This document shows, one piece after another, positions 33,413 through 43,223 of a stretch of DNA of 64,000 bases (its first letter is position 1; each line of letters opens with the position of its first letter). The position numbers were made by a program, and so were the translations under genes. Source of the DNA: Candidatus Poribacteria bacterium (GTDB taxonomy: Bacteria; Poribacteria; WGA-4E; WGA-3G); the NCBI GenBank assembly GCA_965197475.1, contig CBDANF010000003.1, forward strand, positions 3,680,001 through 3,744,000, given 5' to 3'. The notes below the pieces were generated by a model, which saw only the letters and a list, made by a program, of their open reading frames with translations, was not told where the DNA came from and searched no databases.

Positions 33413-34779
33413 TCATCACAGGTCGCGTGGGTTCGCCGTACCGAAGCACCAATATAATTCGTTGGGGCGCGGAGTGCCTCACGTTGCGGTTCCGTTAACT
33501 TATCAAGGAACGGTCGAAAGATCTCATCCTCCCATAATAGTGTTGTCAAAGTTTTTCCAGTTTGACGTACTTGTGCTATCAACTTACGGGTATGATCGTA
33601 GGCATCTGGAAATCCGTAATATGCCATCAATAGATATATCGGTTCTGCAATTGTGTCTTCTGCACTCATCTCAAGGTTGCGTTGCATGTTCTCTATCTTG
33701 ACATCCATTTCATCTAACGCACGCCGCAGTCGATAGATTGAATAATCAAACGCCGTAAATAATTCCGTCAAAAATCGACTGGATGCAGAATTGGTCAGGT
33801 CGCGCTGATGTTCCAAAATGCTATCCATAAAAACGGTCTGCATGCGGGGAACAAACGCTTTCCACAAACTTTTGATGTTCTCATACGCCTCTGGATTAAC
33901 TTTGTGAGGCATCGTGGACGAACCAACAAGTTGCGGGTTATACTTCCTGCCGACCTCAGCGATTTCGGTGCGGTAGAGGTGCCGCATATCATCAGCGAAA
34001 TTCGCAAGCACTGTATATGCCGCTGTGACATGATACGCCACATCGGAGATAAATTCCGGTTCCACACACTGTGTTGACGTGTGCGTATCCGATGGCTTCA
34101 AACCGAGTAGTGCGAGAAAATCTGTCTCAATCTGTTCTGGACTATCATGTATTAGCGATAATCCGTTAAATGCTCCCACCGCACCAGAAAATTGTCCGCG
34201 TAGATTTTGTCCCGCTTCATGAATCTTCTCAATTCGGGTGCCAAGACGACTGATGTAGAGTGCTAACGCATAACCGAACGTTATAGGTTCTGCGTGTTGA
34301 CCGTGCGTCCTACCAATTTGCGGTATCTCTGCATGTTCACGCGCTAAGGCAATCAACTGCTTTTCCAGTTCAACCATGTCCGGAACAATAACGTTTTCGA
34401 TCAGTGCTTTGAATCGCAAGGCTGTTGCAGTATCTAAAATGTCTGCTGAGGTTGCGAACAGATGCACATACGGACGTGCTTCCGGGCTAATTTTGCTCCG
34501 AATCACATTGACAAGTGATCGGATGTTATGTCGAATACGTTTCTGTTCCTCGTATACTTCTTCTGCTGTTACCAGTTCCACTGCTTGTTCGACTTCATCG
34601 GCAATCGCTGATGAACAGACACCATAGTTTGCCAACGTGCGTGTCAACGCTGCCTCCACCTTTGCCTGATAGGTGACATATCCTGCCTCAGAAACATAGG
34701 GCAGGAGACGTTTCATAAAAACATCATCGCCGCCATAATATCTGAAATCTAAGGGACTGATGGCTTCGTAAAGCTGCAT
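33376..34779 (-). CDS. purB: adenylosuccinate lyase
   Basis: AISPLDFRY, GRTHGQHAEP, GSSTMPHKVNP signature. Confidence 0.92.
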   Translation of the reverse strand: MQLYEAISPLDFRYYGGDDVFMKRLLPYVSEAGYVTYQAKVEAALTRTLANYGVCSSAIADEVEQAVELVTAEEVYEEQKRIRHNIRSLVNVIRSKISPEARPYVHLFATSADILDTATALRFKALIENVIVPDMVELEKQLIALAREHAEIPQIGRTHGQHAEPITFGYALALYISRLGTRIEKIHEAGQNLRGQFSGAVGAFNGLSLIHDSPEQIETDFLALLGLKPSDTHTSTQCVEPEFISDVAYHVTAAYTVLANFADDMRHLYRTEIAEVGRKYNPQLVGSSTMPHKVNPEAYENIKSLWKAFVPRMQTVFMDSILEHQRDLTNSASSRFLTELFTAFDYSIYRLRRALDEMDVKIENMQRNLEMSAEDTIAEPIYLLMAYYGFPDAYDHTRKLIAQVRQTGKTLTTLLWEDEIFRPFLDKLTEPQREALRAPTNYIGASVRRTHATCDEWESRVENLTPI

Positions 34780-35041
34780 AGAACACTTTTCTCCAATTTT
34801 TTGGTTTATGGTGATTTATAAAAATAAATACTTTCACCACTCGGTAGGCGAGGTTTCCTAACCTCGCCGATGCAGAGTGTATAAAGAATTCTAAAATCTA
34901 CCATAATTGTATATTAAATGAATGAGAATGTAAAGCGTTTTGTTGGTCGAAGCAACGGTAAACCTTTGATAATTCAACAAATTTGTGATATACTTTGAAA
35001 CATATTCGCCAGCGGCATACCAATGACAATAGGAGAAAACA

Positions 35042-35338
35042 ATGAGCAAAGAAGTTTCTGCAATTGAACTGCAACAGAAGTTTGTTGAACTCCTTAATGG
35101 GGTTTACCACAACGGAGATCAGTTGATAATCAAAAATGCTAACAAGCCACTTGCTGCGATCGTTCCAATTGAAATCTATGATCGGTTGATTAAACAGCGA
35201 GAAGAAGCCTTTTCTGTGCTGGATAGAATTTGGGAGAAAGTACCAAAAGTGAGTGAAGAAGAAGCTCAAGACGATATAGAACAAGCAATTGATGAGACAC
35301 GCGCGGAGAAAGTATTGAAGAAAAGCGAGTTGTCTTGA
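35042..35338 (+). CDS. type II antitoxin, Phd/YefM family
   Basis: VSAIELQQKFVELLNGV...IIKNANKPLAAIVP; directly upstream of a PIN gene. Confidence 0.8.
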   Translation: MSKEVSAIELQQKFVELLNGVYHNGDQLIIKNANKPLAAIVPIEIYDRLIKQREEAFSVLDRIWEKVPKVSEEEAQDDIEQAIDETRAEKVLKKSELS

Positions 35339-35339
35339 T

Positions 35340-35762
35340 ATGCGTATCGTACTGGATACAAATCAGCATATCAGTGCGATTATTCAACCTAATGGGCGTC
35401 CAGCTCAAATCTTACGGCTTTGGCGTGCTGGTGTAATTGAACTTGCAATTTCTCCTCTCATATTGGAGGAGTTTGAGATAGTTGTATACCGACCACGTAT
35501 CCAACAAAAATACAACCTATCAGATGAGGATATTGCTGAGTATCTTGAGATGCTACGCGAATTTGCAATCATGGTCTCCGGGTCTATAACCGTTAATGCT
35601 GTACCAGATGATCCAGATGATAATATTATCATTGCTTGTGCATTGGAAGCGAAAGTTGATTTAATTATCAGTGGAGATAACCATTTGCTTGCGCTTGGTT
35701 CATATCAAGGAATTCCAATTGTCAAGGCAGCGGATTTTCTGAGTAATTACATTCCACGGTAG
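35340..35762 (+). CDS. PIN-domain toxin
   Basis: MRIVLDTN...DDPDDN...ISGDNHLL. Confidence 0.88.
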   Translation: MRIVLDTNQHISAIIQPNGRPAQILRLWRAGVIELAISPLILEEFEIVVYRPRIQQKYNLSDEDIAEYLEMLREFAIMVSGSITVNAVPDDPDDNIIIACALEAKVDLIISGDNHLLALGSYQGIPIVKAADFLSNYIPR

Positions 35763-35874
35763 AATATGTTCTATAATTCTGGTAAACCTTCTTGGCATTT
35801 GAAAATTGAATCACTGTTACAAATAGAGATATTTTCGAATTTTTTATGCGAAACATTAGCATTGGAGGAATGTA

Positions 35875-36087
35875 ATGCATCAAGATGAATTAGACATTGA
35901 AACCTACAAACAGGGACGGAAACTCTTAAGGATTGCAAATCGTGCTGCTAAAAAAGCACAGGAAGAAAACCGCAAAAAAGGGATTCCTAATGTTTACGAT
36001 ATAAACGGACACCTCTATTATGAATTGCCAAATGGGGAACTCACCAAAGAGGATCCGATGCAGAATGAAGAAAGTACAGATGTTTAA
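35875..36087 (+). CDS. small hypothetical protein
   Basis: GGAGG RBS; 70 aa; NRAAKKAQEENRKKGIPNVY. Confidence 0.65.
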   Translation: MHQDELDIETYKQGRKLLRIANRAAKKAQEENRKKGIPNVYDINGHLYYELPNGELTKEDPMQNEESTDV

Positions 36088-36204
36088 ATTGCATTGATTG
36101 AGCACACCAAGTATCGGGACGCGGGTATGGAGGGATTGTAGTCCAATTCTGAGAATTTTTTATCCTTGAAACGAATTGTACTGTCTTATCAAAAATGCCC
36201 GAAT

Positions 36205-36616
36205 TTAGTTCTCATTTCGTTCACTTCTTTTTTGTTGAATTATAGTGAGAAGTTTTAATGCTTCGGATTCGTTTGGATAGAGCTCCAAAACCCTGTTAAG
36301 ATCAATTTTCGCTTCGTCGAATTTACTTTTTTGACAGTAAAGTTTTGCACGGTTCTTCAGTACTTCAGGATCATCCGAGTTGATTTTTAGAGATTTATTA
36401 AAATCCTTTATTGCCTCATCTAATTTTCCTGCGCTAGCGTAACCTATTCCGCGAAAATTAAATACTGTAGGATCATCTGCATTCAATTTGATAGCTTTGC
36501 TAAAGTCATTCATTGCATTGTCAATGTTGCCTAAATGCCAGTAAACCTTACCTCTCAGTCCTAATCCTTTAGGATTATATGGCTCAATTTTCAGTCCTTG
36601 ACTAAGATCAATTAGT
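36205..36616 (-). pseudogene. 3' TPR part of the split FRG-TPR gene
   Basis: LIDLSQGLKIEPYN... TPRs; rejoins 21995-23126 in frame through ACTAA. Confidence 0.85.
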
Positions 36617-37972
36617 CTGATATTTCTCAGAATGGTCTTGAACCTAATAATAATCAATAGAAACAAGGTATAGCACCATGAAAATGCGTTTTTGCTGTGT
36701 CCATTTTCCTTGACTTTTATAGCATGAGATAGCATCCTAATTACAGATTTGAATATAAACAAACATTAGGAGGATATCTCATGCTAACTCAGCTTATCAA
36801 ATCTACCACTTTTTTTCAAGAACTTCTATCTTCACAGTTTCGGACCTTGAAACAGCATTTTGTTCATACCTTAGTGTTTTTGTCAACCTGCCATCTGTTT
36901 GGGCTCACTAACCCGGATCAAGTGGCGGATGCGTTGTCTATTCCGAAAACGAGGCTATATCGGGAACTGAACACGATGAGTCTTTATCTCTGGCAGCATC
37001 TTTTTGTGCGTATCGGGTGTTCTATTGCGTTAGAGGTGCTACAGGAGGCAGTATCAAAAAGTGCTGCTTCTCTATCGCGTCTGTGTATCGTCATCAGTGT
37101 GGATGATACCTTTGTTTTCCGCTATGGAGAGGGTCTCGCCTACACATCCAATTGGTGGTCTTCTCAAGCAAAACAGCCGATGAAGGGGCAAAATATATTG
37201 GGGATCGTCCTAAAGATTGGAAATCAGATCATTCCGCTGAATATGCGACTGGTCAGCAAACAAGGACGCGGGAACACGGATAAACCCTCTTGTGTCATCA
37301 CTATGTTCAAGGAAGTGGTGTCCTTCTTTGAAGAGACCGGAATAGATATCCGAAACTATCCGATCACCTTCGATTCGTGGTATGGCAGCCACCACTTGAT
37401 TGACACCTTGCGAGAAATGGGATTTGAAACGATCCTTGTGCACGGAAAAAGCAACTATGTGATGACGATTGATGAAAAAAGGGCGAAACTCTCGGAACAT
37501 AAAAAGTCGATCAAACTCCTCTCCAATCAATGGGGGTGCGATAAACCGGTCTATCGGACTAAAGCCACAAGTCCAACTTTTGGAAAAGTAGTGGTGTTGT
37601 TCTTGGCAGACCGTGGCAAAGTCCGAACAATGCTCGTATTCGGGAAACCACTCCGTGCTTGTGAAATCCTGCGGATATGGTCTCAACACCACGGTATAGA
37701 ACAGTATTGGCGGCATCTAAAAACAGACCTAAACCTCGCATCCATGAGCCTAAAAGGACAGAATGGCGCGTATGTGAACTTAGGTGTGAAAGTGATGAGC
37801 TACCTTTTGATACAGCAGGTCAGTCGCTCCGTGCGAAAAACCTTTCATCAAGAACAACTTGAACTTTCAGGACAGAGGCAGATGCTGTCTGATCTCAGCG
37901 AGCATTTTCATGAACAAATACCAAGAAAACATTGATAAACATTGACATATGAAGAATTTTGATAAATATCAG
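36617..37972 (+). mobile_element. IS4-superfamily (IS701/ISH3-like) insertion sequence, copy 2
   Basis: same IRs and length as copy 1, opposite orientation. Confidence 0.9.
36781..37935 (+). CDS. DDE transposase
   Basis: 384 aa, a few substitutions versus 23164-24318. Confidence 0.88.
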   Translation: MLTQLIKSTTFFQELLSSQFRTLKQHFVHTLVFLSTCHLFGLTNPDQVADALSIPKTRLYRELNTMSLYLWQHLFVRIGCSIALEVLQEAVSKSAASLSRLCIVISVDDTFVFRYGEGLAYTSNWWSSQAKQPMKGQNILGIVLKIGNQIIPLNMRLVSKQGRGNTDKPSCVITMFKEVVSFFEETGIDIRNYPITFDSWYGSHHLIDTLREMGFETILVHGKSNYVMTIDEKRAKLSEHKKSIKLLSNQWGCDKPVYRTKATSPTFGKVVVLFLADRGKVRTMLVFGKPLRACEILRIWSQHHGIEQYWRHLKTDLNLASMSLKGQNGAYVNLGVKVMSYLLIQQVSRSVRKTFHQEQLELSGQRQMLSDLSEHFHEQIPRKH

Positions 37973-38044
37973 ATGTAAATCTCATTTGAATCTCCTTTTT
38001 TCTATGATGGGTTTATGGTTAAATCTAAAACACTGGGACATTCT

Positions 38045-39517
38045 TCATTTTCTGTTTTGCGAGTTATTACGGCGAGATGGTTGTTTTGCTTCAAGGAGAC
38101 GTTCCATCTGTTCCGCAAGTTCAGGGTCCTTTTCTTTAAGCTTCTGCAAGCCTTTATCGGGACCGTATCGTTCAATCATTTCATAAGCGCGGATGGTGCG
38201 TTCCGGGGCAAATTGCGCATCACCGCCGTTGAGGTGTGCCGCGAATTCCTTGGATAGGAAGTTACTGGGGTCAATAGAATCCTCCGCGTTCATGATGCTC
38301 TCCGCCCATTTGAGGAACTCTTCTAACTCTCGCTGTGCGGCAGCGTGTTGTTGTTGAAATTCTGCACGTGTGGCTTCGGAGCGTGCGGCTTTTCGGTTTT
38401 CCTTGTCTGCCAGTTGATTTTCCGATGGATGGCGTTCCTGGGATGGAAGTTCCGGTAGCCAAGGGGTTTCTTCAGCAACCGGTGCAAACGTTTCTTCGTG
38501 TGTCATCTCTCCAATGTCCATTAGCATTTCATCGGATTCAGATATCGGAGAAGGTGTGCGCGAAATCGGTGCATATACGGGGCTGCCTCTTTCAATGGCG
38601 AGTTTATGTGCTTCAACGAGACTGCCGTTTTCTATCGTTTGCTGCTTTCTGTAGTAGAGCCATGCAGTTTTGAGATCGCCGAGTCGTTCGGACGCTAATC
38701 CCAAACTAAAGAAATTAGGTGTAGGGTTGAGACTGTTCGCTTTCTTGAGATGCTGAATTGCCTCATCTGGATGGTCGTAATGTAGTCGATATCCTAATGC
38801 GTTTAGTGCGCCGATATTCTCAGGATCTCTGTTGACGATATCTCGGTATCCTGCAGCCGCTGTTGCGTTATCCGGTTCTGCACTCAACAGCACCATTTGG
38901 GCATCTGGGTTGCCCGAATCTCTGGCGAGGACACGTCTCGCGTAAGTTTCTCTGTCTTTCCAACGTGCCCTTACTTTATAGAGGTAGTCGATAGCACGGC
39001 GAGGTTCCAATTCGTCTAAAATGAGTGGGTTATAAATTTGATATGTTTCAAGGAAGGTGACAGCATCCTCTGGGACCCTATCGCCGACAAGCACATCATA
39101 GTTTCTTTTATATGCTGCCTCAGTTATAACTTTTTCGCCATTTTTTACCTCGTGCATTGTGCCTGCAAGAACCATTTCTTGAAATATCTGGTTAAGGCGC
39201 GTCTGGATATCTGTTGGGAGGAGTGGCGGCGGTGGAATAGCACTTGTGATAGGGGGGATAGGTCCAATATTCTTCAGGGTGGAGTTTTGGCGGGCATTGA
39301 CCTTGGTACGCACGCGTTTGATTTTTGGCGGCGGGGTGTGCGGTGCTGCACCGGGTAGAGGTGGTTTTGCGGCGTTATGGGTGTTTGCATCTACTGCTTC
39401 TTGTGTTGCGTTCTCGGTCAGTCCATCGTAAATAAGCAACCCAATGTAGAGTAGCAGGAGTGCACCGAGCGCGCCAAGTAGAGAAGATTTCCAAAATTCT
39501 TTTATGAATGTCATCAT
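38045..39517 (-). CDS. membrane-anchored hypothetical protein with TPR-like segment
   Basis: AGGAG RBS before MMTFIK; N-terminal TM; ALNALGYRL...AIQHLKKA TPR. Confidence 0.75.
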   Translation of the reverse strand: MMTFIKEFWKSSLLGALGALLLLYIGLLIYDGLTENATQEAVDANTHNAAKPPLPGAAPHTPPPKIKRVRTKVNARQNSTLKNIGPIPPITSAIPPPPLLPTDIQTRLNQIFQEMVLAGTMHEVKNGEKVITEAAYKRNYDVLVGDRVPEDAVTFLETYQIYNPLILDELEPRRAIDYLYKVRARWKDRETYARRVLARDSGNPDAQMVLLSAEPDNATAAAGYRDIVNRDPENIGALNALGYRLHYDHPDEAIQHLKKANSLNPTPNFFSLGLASERLGDLKTAWLYYRKQQTIENGSLVEAHKLAIERGSPVYAPISRTPSPISESDEMLMDIGEMTHEETFAPVAEETPWLPELPSQERHPSENQLADKENRKAARSEATRAEFQQQHAAAQRELEEFLKWAESIMNAEDSIDPSNFLSKEFAAHLNGGDAQFAPERTIRAYEMIERYGPDKGLQKLKEKDPELAEQMERLLEAKQPSRRNNSQNRK

Positions 39518-39846
39518 ATCCGTTTCTCCTATATTTCGCTGCATAGCGGTAGCAATGTTGATAACAGTTTTAAACAAGATGATAAAATTCACTACAATTT
39601 AAATCATAATTACGTTTTGTAACGTGCACATCATACTATAGGTTTCAAAAAATGTCAAGTTAAAAATCGCAAATTTTTTGATGTTTTCACCTTCTTGTCA
39701 ATTCAATCATAAACGCGAATTTTGCAACAGCAATTAGTGCTCTTATAGTTTTGAACCTTTGATGGAACGTGTTTCAAATTTCACAGTGATAAAAAAGAGT
39801 GGATATTTTTTAACAGATATGATAAAATACATAATAACGAGTAAAT

Positions 39847-41793
39847 TTGAACATGGGTATCCCAACAAGAGGAAAAGACATGAAAAGAAATTCTGTTTTA
39901 CGCGGTTGCCATGGATCCGGAGCAAACACACGTAAGGTATTCCGCCGATTTTTGAAATATAATCTATTTTACCTGACGCTCCTTTGCCTTGTGTTTTCGG
40001 CAAAGGCGCAAGAACGTTTTGTTGATGCGGTCGGACCCGTTACGGTTCGTGAGGTGACATCAATCTCCCCCTTGGTTGTGCCGTATATTACGTGGGGTGG
40101 TGAATCTGCGTTGTTCCACGCCAACGGTGGATTGACAACCCAGCCCGGTACAATCATGGAAAAACTTGGGTTGAACCTAAAATTGGTGCCAGGTGACAAT
40201 TTTCAGCAGCAGGTCAAAGACTATCTCTCAGGTAAATCCCCTATCCTACGTGGTACTTTTAGAATGATAGCCCAGGCAAGTGAAGCTGTGGGACGCGATC
40301 CCAACACAAAGCCCGTTGTCTTTGGACAGTTAACTTGGTCAGCAGGCGACCATTTCGTAGGACGTGCTAACATTCGCAAGATTTCCGATCTTAGCGGCAA
40401 AAAGATTGCCATTCAAAAGGGCGGTCCGCACGTTGGGATGCTCTACGATATGTTGAAAACTGCCCGACTCTCAAAAGCAAATGTCCAACTCGTGTGGGTA
40501 GACGAATTAACAGGTGCAAATGGACCGGCAGAACGTTTCCGAAACGACACATCTGTCGCAGGGTGTTTTGTCATTACGCCTGACATGATAGGATTGACAG
40601 GCGGTCCTGATAATACTGGCACAGGGGCAGAAGGCACCGTGAAAGGTGCACACGTCGTCGTTAGCACTGCTACACTCTCCCGTTCAATCGCTGATGTATA
40701 TGCATGCCGAAAGGATTTCTATGATACTTACAAGCCCCTTATTGAGCGATTTTTTGCTGGTTATCTGAAGGGGTCTGAAGAGGTCATTGCCCTTAAAAAA
40801 GTTTATGAAAAAAGTGGATCGACACAATACAATAAGCTGCTAACAACGATGCAGACTATCTACGGAAAAGATGTGCTGCCAACGCTTGAAGAGGATGCAC
40901 ACGGCTTAATTGCAGATTGCACTTTTGTCGGGCAGCCCGGCAATGTCGCCTTTTTCAACGACCCGACTAATACTATTACGGGTTTTGAAGGATTCAATAA
41001 AGCAGGATTGGATATGGCTGTCAATTGGGGATTTGCAAAGCAACGATACGCACTCCTCCCCTCAGACCTGAATTTCAACTCTAACACCTTCAAGAATCTG
41101 CTTGCCACAACTGTAACTGCCTCTACGCAGCTAAAACAGACGCGTTTCAAAAAGGAAACTGTCCGCGCAGAGATTGAATCGTTTAATGAAGACGCAGTGC
41201 TTGATGAGAAAACGCTTATCTCCTTTACTATTCAATTTGATGCGAATCAGGACACGTTTAGTGCTACTCAATATAGTAGTGAATTTGACAGAGTGCTTGA
41301 ACTCGCCGCTAAATATGGTAACGCTGCCATTGCGATAAAGGGTCATAGTGATCCGTCGCGGACACTAAGTGTGCTGGTTAAAACTGCGATCCAAAAAGGA
41401 ATTTTGAAGCGAACTGGTACGCGCGGAAACTACAGATATTTTATGAATGGTAAACCTTTTAGCCTCGAAAATACTGCCGAATTAATTCGTCTTATAGAGC
41501 AGAAGATATTTGACGATGGTAGCGGCGTTGAAAGTCCTTACCAAGTGATGCGTGCTGCGCTCAAGCTATCAGAACAACGTGGTGAAGCGGTTAAACAGGC
41601 AATCATCAATTATGCCCGGCAAAAAAATGCACGTATTGATATTGATCAGATTGTACCGGTCGGTGTCGGCATTAAGGAACCTATTATTCCGAAGCCGACA
41701 AGCCCCGCAGAGGCTGCGGAAAACCGGCGTGTTGAATTTGCACTCATCAAGGTTTCGGCGGAAGCGGTTGCTGCCTCCGATTTCGACTTTTAG
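39847..41793 (+). CDS. periplasmic substrate-binding (NMT1/SsuA-like) + OmpA-like domain protein; start uncertain
   Basis: QLTWSAGD, DLSGKKIA, IADVYACRKDF; C-terminal IKGHSD...LSEQRGEAVK...NRRVEF OmpA motifs. Confidence 0.78.
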   Translation: MNMGIPTRGKDMKRNSVLRGCHGSGANTRKVFRRFLKYNLFYLTLLCLVFSAKAQERFVDAVGPVTVREVTSISPLVVPYITWGGESALFHANGGLTTQPGTIMEKLGLNLKLVPGDNFQQQVKDYLSGKSPILRGTFRMIAQASEAVGRDPNTKPVVFGQLTWSAGDHFVGRANIRKISDLSGKKIAIQKGGPHVGMLYDMLKTARLSKANVQLVWVDELTGANGPAERFRNDTSVAGCFVITPDMIGLTGGPDNTGTGAEGTVKGAHVVVSTATLSRSIADVYACRKDFYDTYKPLIERFFAGYLKGSEEVIALKKVYEKSGSTQYNKLLTTMQTIYGKDVLPTLEEDAHGLIADCTFVGQPGNVAFFNDPTNTITGFEGFNKAGLDMAVNWGFAKQRYALLPSDLNFNSNTFKNLLATTVTASTQLKQTRFKKETVRAEIESFNEDAVLDEKTLISFTIQFDANQDTFSATQYSSEFDRVLELAAKYGNAAIAIKGHSDPSRTLSVLVKTAIQKGILKRTGTRGNYRYFMNGKPFSLENTAELIRLIEQKIFDDGSGVESPYQVMRAALKLSEQRGEAVKQAIINYARQKNARIDIDQIVPVGVGIKEPIIPKPTSPAEAAENRRVEFALIKVSAEAVAASDFDF

Positions 41794-41814
41794 CTCGTTA
41801 GATAGGAGCCTCTT

Positions 41815-42729
41815 GTGAAACTGGTAAAAGCATGGTGTCTTCTTGTCCTCTATTTATTCGTTTTTGTTCAGGCAGGTATTGCAGAGAATGACCTTCATAC
41901 TGACAATATTGTCGTAATCCTTGATGCCTCTGGCTCTATGAGAGAAAAGTTTCGTGCAGACCAGACGAAGTCTAAGATGGACGCGGCTAAGGCAGCTCTC
42001 AAGGAGGTGTTGGCAAAAGTTCCTGATGGCACCAATATCGGGTTACTCGTATTCAGTGGTCGCAATATTCTGGACGATTGGGTGTATCCGTTGGGGCCAA
42101 AGGATACAGATAGACTGATAGCGGCGATTGATTTGCCACAGCCTGAGGGTGGCACCCCGCTCGGAAGATATATACGCATTGGGGCAAATCGTTTACTTGA
42201 GCAGCGGGAAAAACAGTATAACTACGGTAACTATCGGTTGTTGATTGTGACGGACGGTGAGGCACAAGATCAGGACAGAGTAGCGCAATATACACCTGAG
42301 ATTTTGAACCGACAGATTCGCGTGGACGTTATCGGTGTTGATATGAAAACCGATCACAAGTTGGCAACGGATGCGGATAGTTATCGCAGAGCGGACAATC
42401 CGGGTGAACTTGTGGCAGCAGTCTCGCAAATCTTTGCCGAAACTGGTGGAACTGGGACTGACATTGATGGTGAAGATGCATTTGAGGACATTGAACCGCT
42501 CTCATCGGAAGTCGCTTTAGACCTTATTCAACGAATTACAACACCGCCGAGAAATACCGCAATTACTGTCGCACCAGAAAAGACCGCGCCATTGCAACCG
42601 CAAACACCGTCGCCACAACCGATACCACAACCTGTCCAAAAACGCAGTAGTGGCAACAGCGGATGGATCATTATCGGTCTCATTGTCGTAATTGTAGGCT
42701 TTATTATTTTTAGACGAATGGGGAGATAG
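41815..42729 (+). CDS. vWA domain protein with signal peptide and C-terminal TM anchor
   Basis: DASGS MIDAS, GGTPLG, VTDGE; Pro/Gln linker and TM. Confidence 0.85.
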   Translation: MKLVKAWCLLVLYLFVFVQAGIAENDLHTDNIVVILDASGSMREKFRADQTKSKMDAAKAALKEVLAKVPDGTNIGLLVFSGRNILDDWVYPLGPKDTDRLIAAIDLPQPEGGTPLGRYIRIGANRLLEQREKQYNYGNYRLLIVTDGEAQDQDRVAQYTPEILNRQIRVDVIGVDMKTDHKLATDADSYRRADNPGELVAAVSQIFAETGGTGTDIDGEDAFEDIEPLSSEVALDLIQRITTPPRNTAITVAPEKTAPLQPQTPSPQPIPQPVQKRSSGNSGWIIIGLIVVIVGFIIFRRMGR

Positions 42730-42773
42730 TCGTTGGTTATCAAAAGTCCGTAGGTTGGGTTGAGTGCGCGAAA

Positions 42774-43071
42774 CCCACAACTGTCAATTTAAGGAAATAA
42801 ACCTGTATTTTGGATGTGTGTAGCCCCAGAGGGGCGAAAGGTGTATAGAACAGTCGTAACGCCCATCCACAAAGCCCCAGCGGTGCGAAAGGTGTCCATT
42901 ATATGTGGTTGTAATACACCTCATGCAGCATGCCATACGCGCATGCTGCACCGCTGGGGCTCAAGAGGGTGTTGGACTGTTTTCTATACACATTCCGCAC
43001 CGCTGGTGCTGCTGCCTTCTTGAATCAACACCTTTTTTGCTTATAGCGCACACTAAGTTGACAGTTATGGG
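42774..43071. mobile_element. MITE inserted in a REP loop, 14-bp target duplication
   Basis: TIR cccacaactgtcaatttaag and ctaagttgacagttatggg; ttgagtgcgcgaaa at 42760-42773 and 43072-43085. Confidence 0.75.
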
Positions 43072-43223
43072 TTGAGTGCGCGAAACCCAACAGCATACAT
43101 CTATAGACACCATAAAATGTTAGGTTCACGCTGTTCAACCCGTCGACTGTCATACGTGACATTCGACGTGGATTACCTAAATACTGTTTGCAATCATCGT
43201 TTATAGGTATTAGGAATAAAGAT

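Noticed and set aside
23127-37972. Composite transposon carrying purB
   Set aside because: The outer flanks differ (ACTAA versus ATGTA) and each matches an inner flank, indicating inversion of native DNA.
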